Part shown: positions 17,716 through 28,300 of the stretch, piece after piece | Position numbering within the stretch: position 1 is the first letter of the stretch | Layout of the letters: every line of letters begins with the position of its first letter | From: Microgenomates group bacterium Gr01-1014_7 | Lineage (GTDB): Bacteria; Patescibacteriota; Microgenomatia; Daviesbacterales; UBA10151 | Length of the DNA: 64,000 nucleotides | Direction of reading: 5' to 3' | NCBI GenBank assembly: GCA_007376405.1 | Contig: VMGD01000001.1 | Coordinates: 2,891 to 66,890 of the forward strand | Notes under the pieces: generated by a model | The model's input: the letters and a program-made list of their open reading frames with translations, nothing else | What the model was told of the DNA's origin: nothing | The model's database searches: none | Position numbers and translations under genes: made by a program

Positions 17716-19878
17716 ATGACTTTTAAACGATTTTTTAAAGGTGAGCTCCTTTCACTTATTGTGATAATTTTAGTCTGTCTTCTTATTGTTTCGATTTGGT
17801 TTAAAGACGGCCTTATGTTTGCAGGAGGAGAGGATGTTATTTCTTTTTATAATCCCGACAGAGTATTTGATCTATTTTTTTATACTTGGAATCCACAAGA
17901 CAGTGGTACTCCCCAAATACAACTTTTAGCAAGAGTTCCTTACTTTTATGTAATAGAATTATTTTACAATTGGGGTATCCCAGGTTTGCTATTACAGGCA
18001 TTAACTTTTTTCTTGTTAATGTTGAGCGGAACATTAGCGATTTATTTCTTATTAAAAGAAACTCTTTCAAAAGATTTACCAGAAAATATGAAGAGTTCTG
18101 TACCAATTATAGGAAGTTTATTTTATCTTTTGAATCCTTATGCAATGTCTCAAATTTGGCTTAGAGGACTTTATAACCAATTTTTTTCTTTTGCCTTAGT
18201 GCCCATTTTCTTGTTATTTTTTGTACTTGGTTTAAATAGAAAAAAAATTGTATATGGACTAATAGCAGTCATATGCAGTTTTATTTTCTCTACAGGGTAT
18301 ACACATCCTGCTACTGTTATTACAACATGGGCAATTCCAATAATTTATCTAATTTTTTATTTCTTCAAATTTAAAAATAATGTTAAAAATATAACTTTTG
18401 GTTTGTTTTATATAATTACAATATTAATTCTTTGGTTTTTGGTGAATGCCTTTTGGATTTATCCGCTTATTGAGGTGGGGAAACAAGTATTTAGTTCCGC
18501 TCTAGATACATCTTTAACTAACAATATAGGGACCCTCCAGGGAGTAAGTAAAGATACTCCTATATTTACAGTGCTGAGGCTTTTACATAATGGATATTTT
18601 TTTAGAGGTTTATATTATGGAGACATTTATCTTAGTTTCCCTTTTATGCTTATAAGCTGGTTAATTCCCGCAGTTGCACTTTTTTCTTTTTCATTTTTTA
18701 AAAAAATGAGGTACTTTAAGTTTTATTTTTTTTCTTTGTTAATAGGTTTATTTGTAAGTTCTGGAGATAATCCCCCCTTAGGATGGCTTCTTATAGTTAT
18801 TCTTCAGTTAGTTCCATTGCTACAAGTATTTAGAAACCCATACGAGAAATTCGGTATCAATTTTTTAATAGCATATATACCCTTTTTTACAATAGGGCTT
18901 GTGATTGTATCTAACTGGTTTAAAGAAAAACTAAACTCTTCAAAGATTGCTAAGCTAATCCAATATTTTATAATAATTCTAATATGTGGAATTTTCGTTT
19001 GGCCAATGTGGACCGGCAAATTTGCGGTAAAACCCTATGTAAACCCTTGGATTAAAGTCCCTAGCTATTATAAATTAGCAGATAATTGGTTAATGGAACA
19101 GAATGGAGATTTTCAAATCTTTCAGTTACCCCTTACTGCGGGAGACGGTATCAGATATACATGGAGGAATCCTTTCCAAGGCCTAGAACCAAGTCATTAT
19201 TTTTTTCAAAAGCCTTCAATTAGAACAGGATATTTTTTTAATAATAGTTATTATGCTCCCATAGGCGAGCAATTCGTTAATTTACGAGAAGGAGAGAAAA
19301 TAAAATATGTTACTAACAATAGAGAAGTTTTGGATAAAAATAAAATAATTGAAGGCCTATCTTTTTTAAATATTCGATATATTATTTTGCATAATGATGT
19401 TGATTATAAATTTAGCTCATCGCCATCACCTGATCAAATTAGAGAATATCTTAATAAACAGGATAAAATAAAATTTGTAAAAAAATTTGGAGAGTTAGAA
19501 GTTTATGAAATTGAGACATCCAAAAATTTAAGTGTAGTTTATTCTCCGGATGCTGAAATTGAGACTTCAAAGAAAAATCCTACTTTGTATAAAATATATG
19601 TTAAAAATGCTAAAGAAGAAATTAACCTATATTTTCTTCAAACATTTAACCCAGGATGGGAATTATCCTTAGATAACCAAGTGGTTACTAAACACGAAAA
19701 AGTGTTTTCCTATGCTAACGGTTGGAAAATTAATAAGTTAGGAAATTATACACTCACTTTATCATATAAACCTCAACAGTTTGTTTATTTAGGATTTAAA
19801 ATTTCTCTTATTAGTTTGATTATAGTATTAATAGTAATAATTATTATTCCCATATGGAAAAAAGTAAAAAATATATGA
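17716..19878 (+). CDS. Large multi-TM GT-C-like membrane protein (AftD/YfhO-like) with extracytoplasmic C-terminal domain
   Basis: Many hydrophobic segments, GGED loop after TM1, FRNPYEKF, NIRYIILHND, F.PGW and YANGW motifs, C-terminal TM; likely start ATG 17716. Confidence 0.7.
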   Translation: MTFKRFFKGELLSLIVIILVCLLIVSIWFKDGLMFAGGEDVISFYNPDRVFDLFFYTWNPQDSGTPQIQLLARVPYFYVIELFYNWGIPGLLLQALTFFLLMLSGTLAIYFLLKETLSKDLPENMKSSVPIIGSLFYLLNPYAMSQIWLRGLYNQFFSFALVPIFLLFFVLGLNRKKIVYGLIAVICSFIFSTGYTHPATVITTWAIPIIYLIFYFFKFKNNVKNITFGLFYIITILILWFLVNAFWIYPLIEVGKQVFSSALDTSLTNNIGTLQGVSKDTPIFTVLRLLHNGYFFRGLYYGDIYLSFPFMLISWLIPAVALFSFSFFKKMRYFKFYFFSLLIGLFVSSGDNPPLGWLLIVILQLVPLLQVFRNPYEKFGINFLIAYIPFFTIGLVIVSNWFKEKLNSSKIAKLIQYFIIILICGIFVWPMWTGKFAVKPYVNPWIKVPSYYKLADNWLMEQNGDFQIFQLPLTAGDGIRYTWRNPFQGLEPSHYFFQKPSIRTGYFFNNSYYAPIGEQFVNLREGEKIKYVTNNREVLDKNKIIEGLSFLNIRYIILHNDVDYKFSSSPSPDQIREYLNKQDKIKFVKKFGELEVYEIETSKNLSVVYSPDAEIETSKKNPTLYKIYVKNAKEEINLYFLQTFNPGWELSLDNQVVTKHEKVFSYANGWKINKLGNYTLTLSYKPQQFVYLGFKISLISLIIVLIVIIIIPIWKKVKNI

Positions 19879-20810
19879 AAAAAGAAAAAAAATTAGTCTC
19901 TGTAGTAATTGTAACAAGAAACAGAAAAAAGGATTTAATTGAGTGTTTAGACTCATATATTAAATCATCATATAAAAATACAGAAATTATAATTTTGGAT
20001 AATGCATCCATAACTCCCGTTTCATCATGGTTACCTAAGAAGTACAAAGGAATAGAAATTATAACTACTGTCAAAAATATTGGTGCAGCTGAGGGTAGAA
20101 ATAAAGGATTTAGTAAATCTAGCGGTTACTATATTGTATTTAGCGATGATGATGCAGTAGCTGATGCCTTGATGGTAGAGAAATTAGTCTCAGTATTTGA
20201 GAATCATAAAAATGTCGGAATAGTTCAACCATTAATATATGAAAAGAATAAGAAAAAATTATTACAAGGTGCTGGTCATAATATTGATCTAACAACTGGC
20301 AGAATTAGTGCTTGGGGTGTTAGAGAAAAGGATATAGGGCAATATGATGGGCTTAGAGAAATACCGATGGTTGGATGTGCTTGGATGGTAAGAAGAGATG
20401 TTTTTGAAAAAGTTAAAGGTTTTGATAAAGATTACTTTATCCCGTATGAAGATTCTGATTTCTCTTTTAGAGTTAGTAAGGCTGGTTTTAAGGTATACTG
20501 TTATTCGGATGCTAAAACTTGGCACAGAGGTCTTAAAGATACATTTATTCACCCATGGATTGAGTGGTTGGGTATTACTTCTTCAGATAGAGCGTATAGA
20601 ATTGCAAGGAATAAGATGATTTTTATTCGCAAGCACTCATCTAACCATCAAAAAATTATTTTCTTCTTTTTTTTATTACCGCTTTATACATTTATTCACT
20701 CATTAATAATTATGGCATCAGCTCGATTTGATATTTTGTACAAGTATTGGCTAGGAGTTTTATCAGGTATTTGGTATAGTTTAATGTATTCTTTTAAAAA
20801 GTTTACATAA
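19875..20810 (+). CDS. Glycosyltransferase family 2
   Basis: VSVVIVTRN, LDNAS, FSDDDA, YEDSDF; ATGA overlap at 19875. Confidence 0.9.
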   Translation: MKKEKKLVSVVIVTRNRKKDLIECLDSYIKSSYKNTEIIILDNASITPVSSWLPKKYKGIEIITTVKNIGAAEGRNKGFSKSSGYYIVFSDDDAVADALMVEKLVSVFENHKNVGIVQPLIYEKNKKKLLQGAGHNIDLTTGRISAWGVREKDIGQYDGLREIPMVGCAWMVRRDVFEKVKGFDKDYFIPYEDSDFSFRVSKAGFKVYCYSDAKTWHRGLKDTFIHPWIEWLGITSSDRAYRIARNKMIFIRKHSSNHQKIIFFFFLLPLYTFIHSLIIMASARFDILYKYWLGVLSGIWYSLMYSFKKFT

Positions 20811-20831
20811 TGACTCCTTTTTGTGGATAGT

Positions 20832-21659
20832 TTATTTTTTAACTGCTTTCATAAAAATTGATACTCCGGAGGAATTAGGAAATATATCATTAAGTTTATC
20901 TAAAGTGTTTACTAACCAAAACAGAAAACTTGCTAAAGAGGTCTTCTGATTTTTGGATTTACTAAATTTATTTATGTCTTGCAGTAAATCTTGGCTTAAC
21001 TTCTTATAAAAAAGTAATTTACATCCCAAATTTAGCAAATAATGATTAAATGGTAGACACCAACCAGTTAATAATTCACATGAATCGACTTTAAATCCAA
21101 CTTTTTCTAACTTTTTTCCAATTTCTTCGGGTTTATATAATCTTACATGTTGATTCCAAATTCCGGCAAAAAAACCACTCTTTATATGAAAATTAAAAAG
21201 ATGTTCTAAAAACCAATTAATTGGATCCCATAAAAAAGGGTAATTTTTATTGGGAGTAGTTAGAACCAATATTCCGCCCGGTTTTAAAACTCTTCTGGCC
21301 TCTTTTAAAACTCTTATATCATCTTTGACATGTTCAATAATTTCAGACATGACTATTTTATCAAAAGAATTTTCAGGAAATGGTAACTTTTCTGCATCCC
21401 CTATAATGAAACGAACATTCTTCTTTCTCACTTGTCTCTTCGCAGATTCAATAGCAGCAACATGATTATCTATTCCAGTTATTTTTGGAGAAAAACTTGA
21501 GAGAAGATAAGAATAGTACCCATCCCCACAACCAAGATCCAGAACTTTATCTCCGTCTTTTAACTCTAATTGCTCAATGATTCTTTTGGCGCGTCTCTTT
21601 AAAGCCATATCACCAACACTTTTTAATAAATCATCAAGCCTATCTGATATTGTTTTCAA
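20832..21659 (-). CDS. Class I SAM-dependent methyltransferase
   Basis: VLDLGCGDG, LPF...FD, EIIEHV, RVLKPGG. Confidence 0.9.
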   Translation of the reverse strand: MKTISDRLDDLLKSVGDMALKRRAKRIIEQLELKDGDKVLDLGCGDGYYSYLLSSFSPKITGIDNHVAAIESAKRQVRKKNVRFIIGDAEKLPFPENSFDKIVMSEIIEHVKDDIRVLKEARRVLKPGGILVLTTPNKNYPFLWDPINWFLEHLFNFHIKSGFFAGIWNQHVRLYKPEEIGKKLEKVGFKVDSCELLTGWCLPFNHYLLNLGCKLLFYKKLSQDLLQDINKFSKSKNQKTSLASFLFWLVNTLDKLNDIFPNSSGVSIFMKAVKK

Positions 21660-21661
21660 TA

Positions 21662-22720
21662 TTAAAAATTATACTCCCTTTTAAACCACTGTAATGTTTT
21701 ATTTAAACCTGTCTCAAGATCTACTTTTGGCATATACCCTAACTCATTTTTAATTTTTGTTAAATCTGGGCAACGTCTTTGTGGTTCTCCTGCCGGATAT
21801 GAGGAGGGGTAAGATTTACGGCGAGGTTTGACATTATTTTCTAAAAGATTTGAGATAATTGATGCAAGTTCATACATGGAAACTTCAGGATTATCATTAC
21901 CTATATTATATACTTCTCCAGCTTTACCTGAAATAAGCACCTTAAAAATGGCGGCAAGTGCATCTGTAATATAACAAAAGGTGCGTGTCTGTACCCCCTT
22001 ATCATGAACCGGTAGGTTTCTCCCTCTTAAACCATAATAAATAAATGTTGGGATAACTCTGTAATCTGTATGTCTCATACCAGGACCATAAACATTAAAT
22101 GGTCTGACTATTTTTATAGGCACACCATAGATTTGATGGTAGGTTATACATAAAGTTTCAGTTAGCCTTTTGGACTCATCATAACAAGCTCTTGGTCCAA
22201 TTGATGAAACATGCCCTGCATAAGTTTCCGGAGTAGGAACATTATTGGGATCAGGATCTCCATAAATTTCACTTGATGAGAAGAATAAAAAACCTTTCAC
22301 TTTATAAAGTCTTGCAATCTCCAAAAGATTTTTTGCTCCAAATATGGCACTTTCTATAGTTTCCAAAGGATATTTTTTATAGTAAAAAGGTGAGGCAAGT
22401 CCGGCTGCATGAATTATAAAATCTATTTTTTCATTAATATTAAGGGGTAATCTAACATCATGATGCAAAAACTTAAAATCCTTATCTTTGATATCAATTA
22501 TGAAGTTTTTTTTGGCGCCAGTTAAATAATTATCTAAGGAAATTACTTTACATTTATTTTTAAGAAGGTTTTTATTTAAAAGATAAATTAGACTGACAAT
22601 ATAACTTCCTATAAATCCTGCCCCTCCAGAAATTAAAATAGTTTTACCCTCTAAAACCTTAGCTTCTTTTTTGATTTCTGAAATTACTAATTTTAGGTCA
22701 TTAATTATTGCTCTTTGCAT
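21662..22720 (-). CDS. UDP-glucuronate decarboxylase-like SDR (UXS family)
   Basis: [34 protein letters not shown]; likely start ATG 22720. Confidence 0.85.
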   Translation of the reverse strand: MQRAIINDLKLVISEIKKEAKVLEGKTILISGGAGFIGSYIVSLIYLLNKNLLKNKCKVISLDNYLTGAKKNFIIDIKDKDFKFLHHDVRLPLNINEKIDFIIHAAGLASPFYYKKYPLETIESAIFGAKNLLEIARLYKVKGFLFFSSSEIYGDPDPNNVPTPETYAGHVSSIGPRACYDESKRLTETLCITYHQIYGVPIKIVRPFNVYGPGMRHTDYRVIPTFIYYGLRGRNLPVHDKGVQTRTFCYITDALAAIFKVLISGKAGEVYNIGNDNPEVSMYELASIISNLLENNVKPRRKSYPSSYPAGEPQRRCPDLTKIKNELGYMPKVDLETGLNKTLQWFKREYNF

Positions 22721-22724
22721 CAGA

Positions 22725-23972
22725 TTAATATATCTTTGGGGTAGGGACAGGAACAATAAATCTACCACCACGGCTCTTAAACTGTTCTAGTTTTTTCATA
22801 ATTGGTTTGGCAAAATTCCAGGCCAGAATGAAAATAAAATCCGGATTAGTTTCCGAAATTTCTTTTGGAGATACAACCGGAATATGCATGCCCGGAGTAA
22901 AAAGCCCCTGTTTATATTGACTATCCTCAACTATATAATCTAAAACTTGTGTTCCTATATTAAAATAATTTAATAGGGTATTACCCTTTGCGGGTGCCCC
23001 ATAGCCAATTATATTTTTTCCTTGAGATCTTAACTTTTTTAAAAGTTTATTTAAATCAATTTTATTTTGCTCAATTTTTTTTGCAAACTTTTGATAGGTA
23101 TGTAACTTACCTAATCCTAAAGCTTTTTCGTTCTTTATGAAATTTTCAACAGTTTCTTTTACTTTTCTTTTGGACTTATTTTTCTTTACAAAAACTCTGA
23201 TTGAACCACCATGACTATCAGTTTCTTCAACATCAAAAATTGTCATATTAAATCTATTAAAAAGGGTTACTAGAGGCCTTATAGAGAGATAAGAAACATG
23301 CTCATGATAGATTGTATCGAATAGATTTTTTTGCAAAAAGTCTACTAAATAAGGGACCTCTATTATCAATACTCCTTCCGAGTTAAGTAATTTTTTTGCT
23401 GCTAATATTAGCTCATCAATGTAAGGCACGTGGGCAAAAACATTATTAGCAGTTATTACATCGGCAAATCCCCATTTTTTAATAATTCTATTTGCTAATC
23501 CTTGATCAAAATACTCAGGAATTGTAAGAATTCCATTTTTGGTAGCCTCTTTGGCAATTTTTCTGGCAGGATCTATCCCTAAAATTTTTACTCCTAATTT
23601 CTTAAAAGGTTTAAGTAAAATACCATCATTACTACCAATATCTACCACTAAGGATTCAGAATCAAGTTTAATTTTTTTATAAACACTTTTTGCGTACTGC
23701 TCAAAATGAGCTACAAATACTGGAGAGGTAGAAGAAACATAAACATAATTTCTAAATAAATAATCCGGAGAAACAATATGAGTAAGTTGGAGCTGACCAC
23801 ATTTTGAGCAAAAGTTAACCTTCAAAGGAAAAAAGGGTTCCTTTCCTTTTAATTGCTTTTTGGTCAAAAAAGCATTAGCAGCTGGTTGGCTACCCAGGTC
23901 TATAACCTGTTTTAGATTTTTATTTAAGCAGAACCTACAGTGAGCAAATTTTTTATATAAACCATTTTTCAT
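22725..23972 (-). CDS. NDP-sugar C-methyltransferase (TylCIII/NovU family, Zn-binding)
   Basis: CRFC, CSKC, DIGSNDG, YHEHVSY, HGGS, YGAPAKGNT. Confidence 0.9.
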   Translation of the reverse strand: MKNGLYKKFAHCRFCLNKNLKQVIDLGSQPAANAFLTKKQLKGKEPFFPLKVNFCSKCGQLQLTHIVSPDYLFRNYVYVSSTSPVFVAHFEQYAKSVYKKIKLDSESLVVDIGSNDGILLKPFKKLGVKILGIDPARKIAKEATKNGILTIPEYFDQGLANRIIKKWGFADVITANNVFAHVPYIDELILAAKKLLNSEGVLIIEVPYLVDFLQKNLFDTIYHEHVSYLSIRPLVTLFNRFNMTIFDVEETDSHGGSIRVFVKKNKSKRKVKETVENFIKNEKALGLGKLHTYQKFAKKIEQNKIDLNKLLKKLRSQGKNIIGYGAPAKGNTLLNYFNIGTQVLDYIVEDSQYKQGLFTPGMHIPVVSPKEISETNPDFIFILAWNFAKPIMKKLEQFKSRGGRFIVPVPTPKIY

Positions 23973-23973
23973 C

Positions 23974-24360
23974 TTAAAATTTAAGCCTTACTGTGTCTCT
24001 CTCGTATTTCTCCTGTTCCCTTGGCTCGGAAGTAATTGCCAAAAAAACAGTATCCTCTAAAAATTCCATGCTATGGGCAATCATCTTACGAGAAAGTACT
24101 AAATCTCCAGGTTTTAAAATAACTGACTGCTTCTCGGAATTTTTTTTGCTCATATCTTTTTCAGAATATCTAAATTTACCACTTAAGCAGTAAACGTAAT
24201 GTGAATCTTTTTTATGATAGTGATTGGCACGAGAACTGCCTGCTTTACTAGTAATTAAAAGTACTGCTCTAAAATGAATACTGTCATCGTCAACTAAGCG
24301 GGAGATAAACCCTCTTTCGTCCGTGAACTCAGGTTTTATATGTGTGACTTTAATAGACAT
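23974..24360 (-). CDS. Cupin-domain protein (sugar isomerase/epimerase-like)
   Basis: DERG, RANHYHK..H....LSG, AHSM. Confidence 0.75.
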   Translation of the reverse strand: MSIKVTHIKPEFTDERGFISRLVDDDSIHFRAVLLITSKAGSSRANHYHKKDSHYVYCLSGKFRYSEKDMSKKNSEKQSVILKPGDLVLSRKMIAHSMEFLEDTVFLAITSEPREQEKYERDTVRLKF

Positions 24361-24380
24361 AGTTAAAAGTATCAGTTAGT

Positions 24381-26312
24381 CTATAAGGGATTTGTATTGT
24401 TGTCAAGCTCCTTATGTAATCTCTCAAGCACCTCTTTGGTAATATCCACTACTTGATCTCCTTTTAAAGTGAAGGCAAAAAAGTCATCTTGGTAAAAAGT
24501 GTGTGTACCAGAATAGAGAACACTATCTTTAGTGCAAAAAGCAGTTATTGAATTGAAAGTTACTTGATTATTAGAGTATTTATAAATTTTTTTAAATTCA
24601 TTAAAGCCATTATCTACCCAGTCCAAACAACCGTTTACCTTTCTATCAGGTTTATTATAATATTTGTGTAAAAATACCCATAATGTAATCCTACCGTAGT
24701 TTAGTGCCGTGTACCAATATCTATCTTCAACTGTTACCAGTCTTGGTTCATAGTATAATATGAGATTGTCTCTTTTTGAAGCAGGTGTTGTGTTAAAAAA
24801 TACTTCTTGAATATGTTTTTGCACAGCCATATCCTCACCTAGTGATTTAATCATTTTAAAGTATTGGTTCCCTTTGTAAGAAAAAACCACTAGATAGATA
24901 AGAAATATCACTAGAAAAAAGGCATATAGACCTGCTGTACGTTTACTTGTTTGAATTCTTTTAAATATCAGAATTAAAATTGAGGAAATAAATATGCTAA
25001 CACCAATTGCAGGAACTGTTAAATATCTGTGTACCGGACCTTCATATCCAAAATGCTTACCAATTGAAAGCCAAGTGGCACAAATAAAGGATAGGGAAAG
25101 AAGGGGTGATATAAAAACTGCTAGAAGTATTTTATCCTTCATACCGGTTTTGTACCACTCAAAACCAGTTGCCAAAGCTATAGCTATAATATAAGCTCCT
25201 AGAATACCCGGGAGCGTAGCAAAATCTAGAGTTCCGTTATAAGGTAACGCTAGCTCCTTCGGAATATAATAATAATGGGTGTCAAAAATGTAAATTAAAA
25301 TTTGAAAGAAAGTACTTAGAATAAATGTAGTTATAATGAAACGTTTTGGTTTTTGGGAAATAACAGGGGCAAGTACAAAGGTAAAAATTAAGAATAAAGG
25401 TATGATGCCGCGACCAAAAAGATTACCAAAATAACTCTCCAGAGTCCTTAAATTCCAAATACCAAAAAAACGGACAGAATCAGGATTGATCAGAGTAAAA
25501 CCTAAACCTGCCAATGGATTTATCAAAAGCTGCCAGTTACCTGCAAAAAGATCCTTAAGTAAATTGTTATAAGAATTTCCTCTTGCAAAAGTACCCGGAT
25601 CAACCAAACGAAACAGAAGATAAAAAGGTACAAGATAAATAATTATTCTTAAGATTGTTGTCTTAAATTTTGATATACCCTTAATAGCTATTATAATCTC
25701 CATTATAACCAGTAAAATAAAAGTTGGTATCATTCTCATGGGTGCTGAAAAAATAGCCACATACAAAAGGATAAAAGAGAGCACCAAAAGTTTAATATTC
25801 TTCTGATCTCTAATTAGGAAATAGTAAGAAATTATAAATAGATTTAAAAAAATAACTCCCCAATATTCTGTCCCGGTGACATTGATTTGCAAAGATCCAT
25901 TTGCTGAAGGAAGGATAGCATATATTAATGTGGCCAAGGTGGCTAAAAATTTGCGTTTTGTTAAAACCCACAGAGTGGGATATATGCTTAATGCAGCCAA
26001 GATTTTCCATATAAAATTTAACTTATGTGTAAGTTCCCAGTTATAAGGAAATAGTTCATCTAAGGTACCTGCATACAATATCTGATGGGCCCAACCTAGA
26101 CCAGTGTGAACCCAAGTTTTGTAAACTCTAACTAAATAATTGTTGTCAACAATTCGATTATCGGCTTTATAATCTCTTAGATATGGAATATCTTCATTGA
26201 CTAGTCCATAGCCAAAAAAATCTTGTGCAAAAATATAATTTAAAAACAATACAGCTAAAACTAAAGATATACCAAAACTAGCTTTGATATGTTTTGATGA
26301 TTGTGTCTGCAT
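24381..26312 (-). CDS. Multi-TM GT-C-like glycosyltransferase, family A
   Basis: Many TM segments, acidic NED loop after TM1, HRYLTVPAIG, ILYYE, FFAF; start uncertain (26312 or 26360). Confidence 0.65.
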   Translation of the reverse strand: MQTQSSKHIKASFGISLVLAVLFLNYIFAQDFFGYGLVNEDIPYLRDYKADNRIVDNNYLVRVYKTWVHTGLGWAHQILYAGTLDELFPYNWELTHKLNFIWKILAALSIYPTLWVLTKRKFLATLATLIYAILPSANGSLQINVTGTEYWGVIFLNLFIISYYFLIRDQKNIKLLVLSFILLYVAIFSAPMRMIPTFILLVIMEIIIAIKGISKFKTTILRIIIYLVPFYLLFRLVDPGTFARGNSYNNLLKDLFAGNWQLLINPLAGLGFTLINPDSVRFFGIWNLRTLESYFGNLFGRGIIPLFLIFTFVLAPVISQKPKRFIITTFILSTFFQILIYIFDTHYYYIPKELALPYNGTLDFATLPGILGAYIIAIALATGFEWYKTGMKDKILLAVFISPLLSLSFICATWLSIGKHFGYEGPVHRYLTVPAIGVSIFISSILILIFKRIQTSKRTAGLYAFFLVIFLIYLVVFSYKGNQYFKMIKSLGEDMAVQKHIQEVFFNTTPASKRDNLILYYEPRLVTVEDRYWYTALNYGRITLWVFLHKYYNKPDRKVNGCLDWVDNGFNEFKKIYKYSNNQVTFNSITAFCTKDSVLYSGTHTFYQDDFFAFTLKGDQVVDITKEVLERLHKELDNNTNPL

Positions 26313-27396
26313 TTTTTTCAGAATATCTCCTTTCTGCAAATTTTCGACAATTTTTTGCAAGCTTTTTTAATTCATCCTTAGACTTATAAAAATATTCTAT
26401 AGTTCTCCTGATACTTTCCGGACTTATATCAATAATCTTCCCGACAGTTCCATCTAAAGCTTCAGGAATAGCACCTCTTCTAGCACCAATAATAGGTGTC
26501 TCACAAGCTAATGCTTCCAATATAACTCTTCCAAAACCTTCCTCAGAAACAGACGGAACAATTAATAAGTCTGCGCCACTATAATATATAGGTAGATTAT
26601 CCGAATCAATCCCTTCAATAAAATCCACATTCGACAATTTCAAAGTGGTTTCTTTTACCTTATCTTTCAAAGGTCCTGATCCAATAATCTTTAAGCTTAT
26701 ATTTTTATCCCAGCTCTTAACCGATTCGAGTAATTCCTTTATTCCTTTTTCTGGTACTAATCTTCCAACGAATAGAACAGTAAATTTTTCCTTCCAGCCT
26801 AGTTTATTTTTTGCTTCTTTCACTTTTTTAAACTTTTTTAAATCAATCCAATAAGTAAAGTTTTTAACTTTTATTTTAGCAGCCCCTAATGATTCAATTT
26901 CCCTTACTGCCTGTTTTGATAAACCCAAACAGTAATTGGCATTTTTAAATATAAAGCTCACAAAGTTTCTGTAAATCCCTTTTTTGGGAAAACTATATAT
27001 GCTATGCGTTGAAACAATAATCTTTTTTCCGAATATTTTTGCCCAAAATACACCTGCAAATCCTGCTACTAAGCCATTGGCATGGATTACCTCAGGGTTA
27101 GTAGCAATTATAACCAAAGGAGCAATAATAAATAGTCCAGGGAGCAAATAAAGAAATTCAAGTAATGGGTACTGTACCAATTTGTAAAACAAACCGAACA
27201 ACCAAGGTATTCGGATTATTGTTAATAAACCCATCTTTTCATAAACTTTTGAATAAACATTGGTAGTCAGCGGTTTGTAAGTAAGCACCCACACCCTCCA
27301 CTTTCTCTTTGTCAAGACATAAACTAAATCATTAAGATGGGTTTCTACTCCTCCTATATTAGGTTTAAAGTGAGCAGTCAGTAAAAGTATGTTCAA
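26278..27396 (-). CDS. Glycosyltransferase family 4
   Basis: IGGVE, FVGRLVPEKG, EGFGRVILEA. Confidence 0.92.
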   Translation of the reverse strand: MNILLLTAHFKPNIGGVETHLNDLVYVLTKRKWRVWVLTYKPLTTNVYSKVYEKMGLLTIIRIPWLFGLFYKLVQYPLLEFLYLLPGLFIIAPLVIIATNPEVIHANGLVAGFAGVFWAKIFGKKIIVSTHSIYSFPKKGIYRNFVSFIFKNANYCLGLSKQAVREIESLGAAKIKVKNFTYWIDLKKFKKVKEAKNKLGWKEKFTVLFVGRLVPEKGIKELLESVKSWDKNISLKIIGSGPLKDKVKETTLKLSNVDFIEGIDSDNLPIYYSGADLLIVPSVSEEGFGRVILEALACETPIIGARRGAIPEALDGTVGKIIDISPESIRRTIEYFYKSKDELKKLAKNCRKFAERRYSEKNADTIIKTYQS

Positions 27397-28226
27397 AGTT
27401 TCCTTATCCTTCCTATAAAATATCCCAATCCACCCCCTATCAATTCTGCCGATAACATAATAAACATTCCTATTGATAATATGGGATGCATAATTATCTT
27501 TTTAGGATTTTTATAGAATACAGGACGCAAAAAATAGACAGTTTTAGGTCCAAACATGGGGATATTATGCTTACCTAAATACTTATAAGCATGAAGGGCG
27601 TAATAAAATTTTTTTGAAGCAACTGAAAATAGTGAGTCAATCCTTTCATAATGGTGAATTTCTGATTTTATTCTTCCTACCTTATACCCCATTTCCCTAA
27701 TAGTATCCGGTAAATCCCAATCTTCCGGGCCGGTAATAGTTTCATCGTAACCGCCAGCTTTAAAAAAAACCTCCCTTCTAAAAAGCCTTGCCGCATCTGT
27801 TAGCTCATCACCTTTTTCATTATAGAACGATCGCTCAAAAGCCTTTACCTTACCCCAATAGTTTGAAGCCAGTGACTGCTCAGGAATCACTATCTCACCA
27901 ATTTTCTTATCTGACTCTGCTAACTCCACACATTCTGAAACTAGTTCAGGAGTAAGTTCCATATCAGCATCCAAAATAAGTAAATATTTACCTTTTGCTA
28001 CTTTTGCACCAAAATTTCTCTGAGTGGATCTTTCAGGACCAACTGTATATACCTTTACATTCATTTTTCTGGCAACATCTAAAGTCTTATCAGTTGAATT
28101 ATTATCGACTAAAATAATTTCTTTATTCTTAAAGGTTTGAGTTTTTATAGATCGAATCAGTCTTCCTATAGCATCTTCTTCATTTTTTGTTGTTATAACA
28201 ACTGACACAAGTGGCCCTTTATCCAT
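27393..28226 (-). CDS. Glycosyltransferase family 2
   Basis: VSVVITTKNE, VDNNSTD, LDADM, PEDWD. Confidence 0.9.
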   Translation of the reverse strand: MDKGPLVSVVITTKNEEDAIGRLIRSIKTQTFKNKEIILVDNNSTDKTLDVARKMNVKVYTVGPERSTQRNFGAKVAKGKYLLILDADMELTPELVSECVELAESDKKIGEIVIPEQSLASNYWGKVKAFERSFYNEKGDELTDAARLFRREVFFKAGGYDETITGPEDWDLPDTIREMGYKVGRIKSEIHHYERIDSLFSVASKKFYYALHAYKYLGKHNIPMFGPKTVYFLRPVFYKNPKKIIMHPILSIGMFIMLSAELIGGGLGYFIGRIRKL

Positions 28227-28300
28227 AATTTAAGATAAATACTACCACAAAATCGAGTGCTTGCATTAGCTATCCATACAGTGTATAAAAATCATTGATT

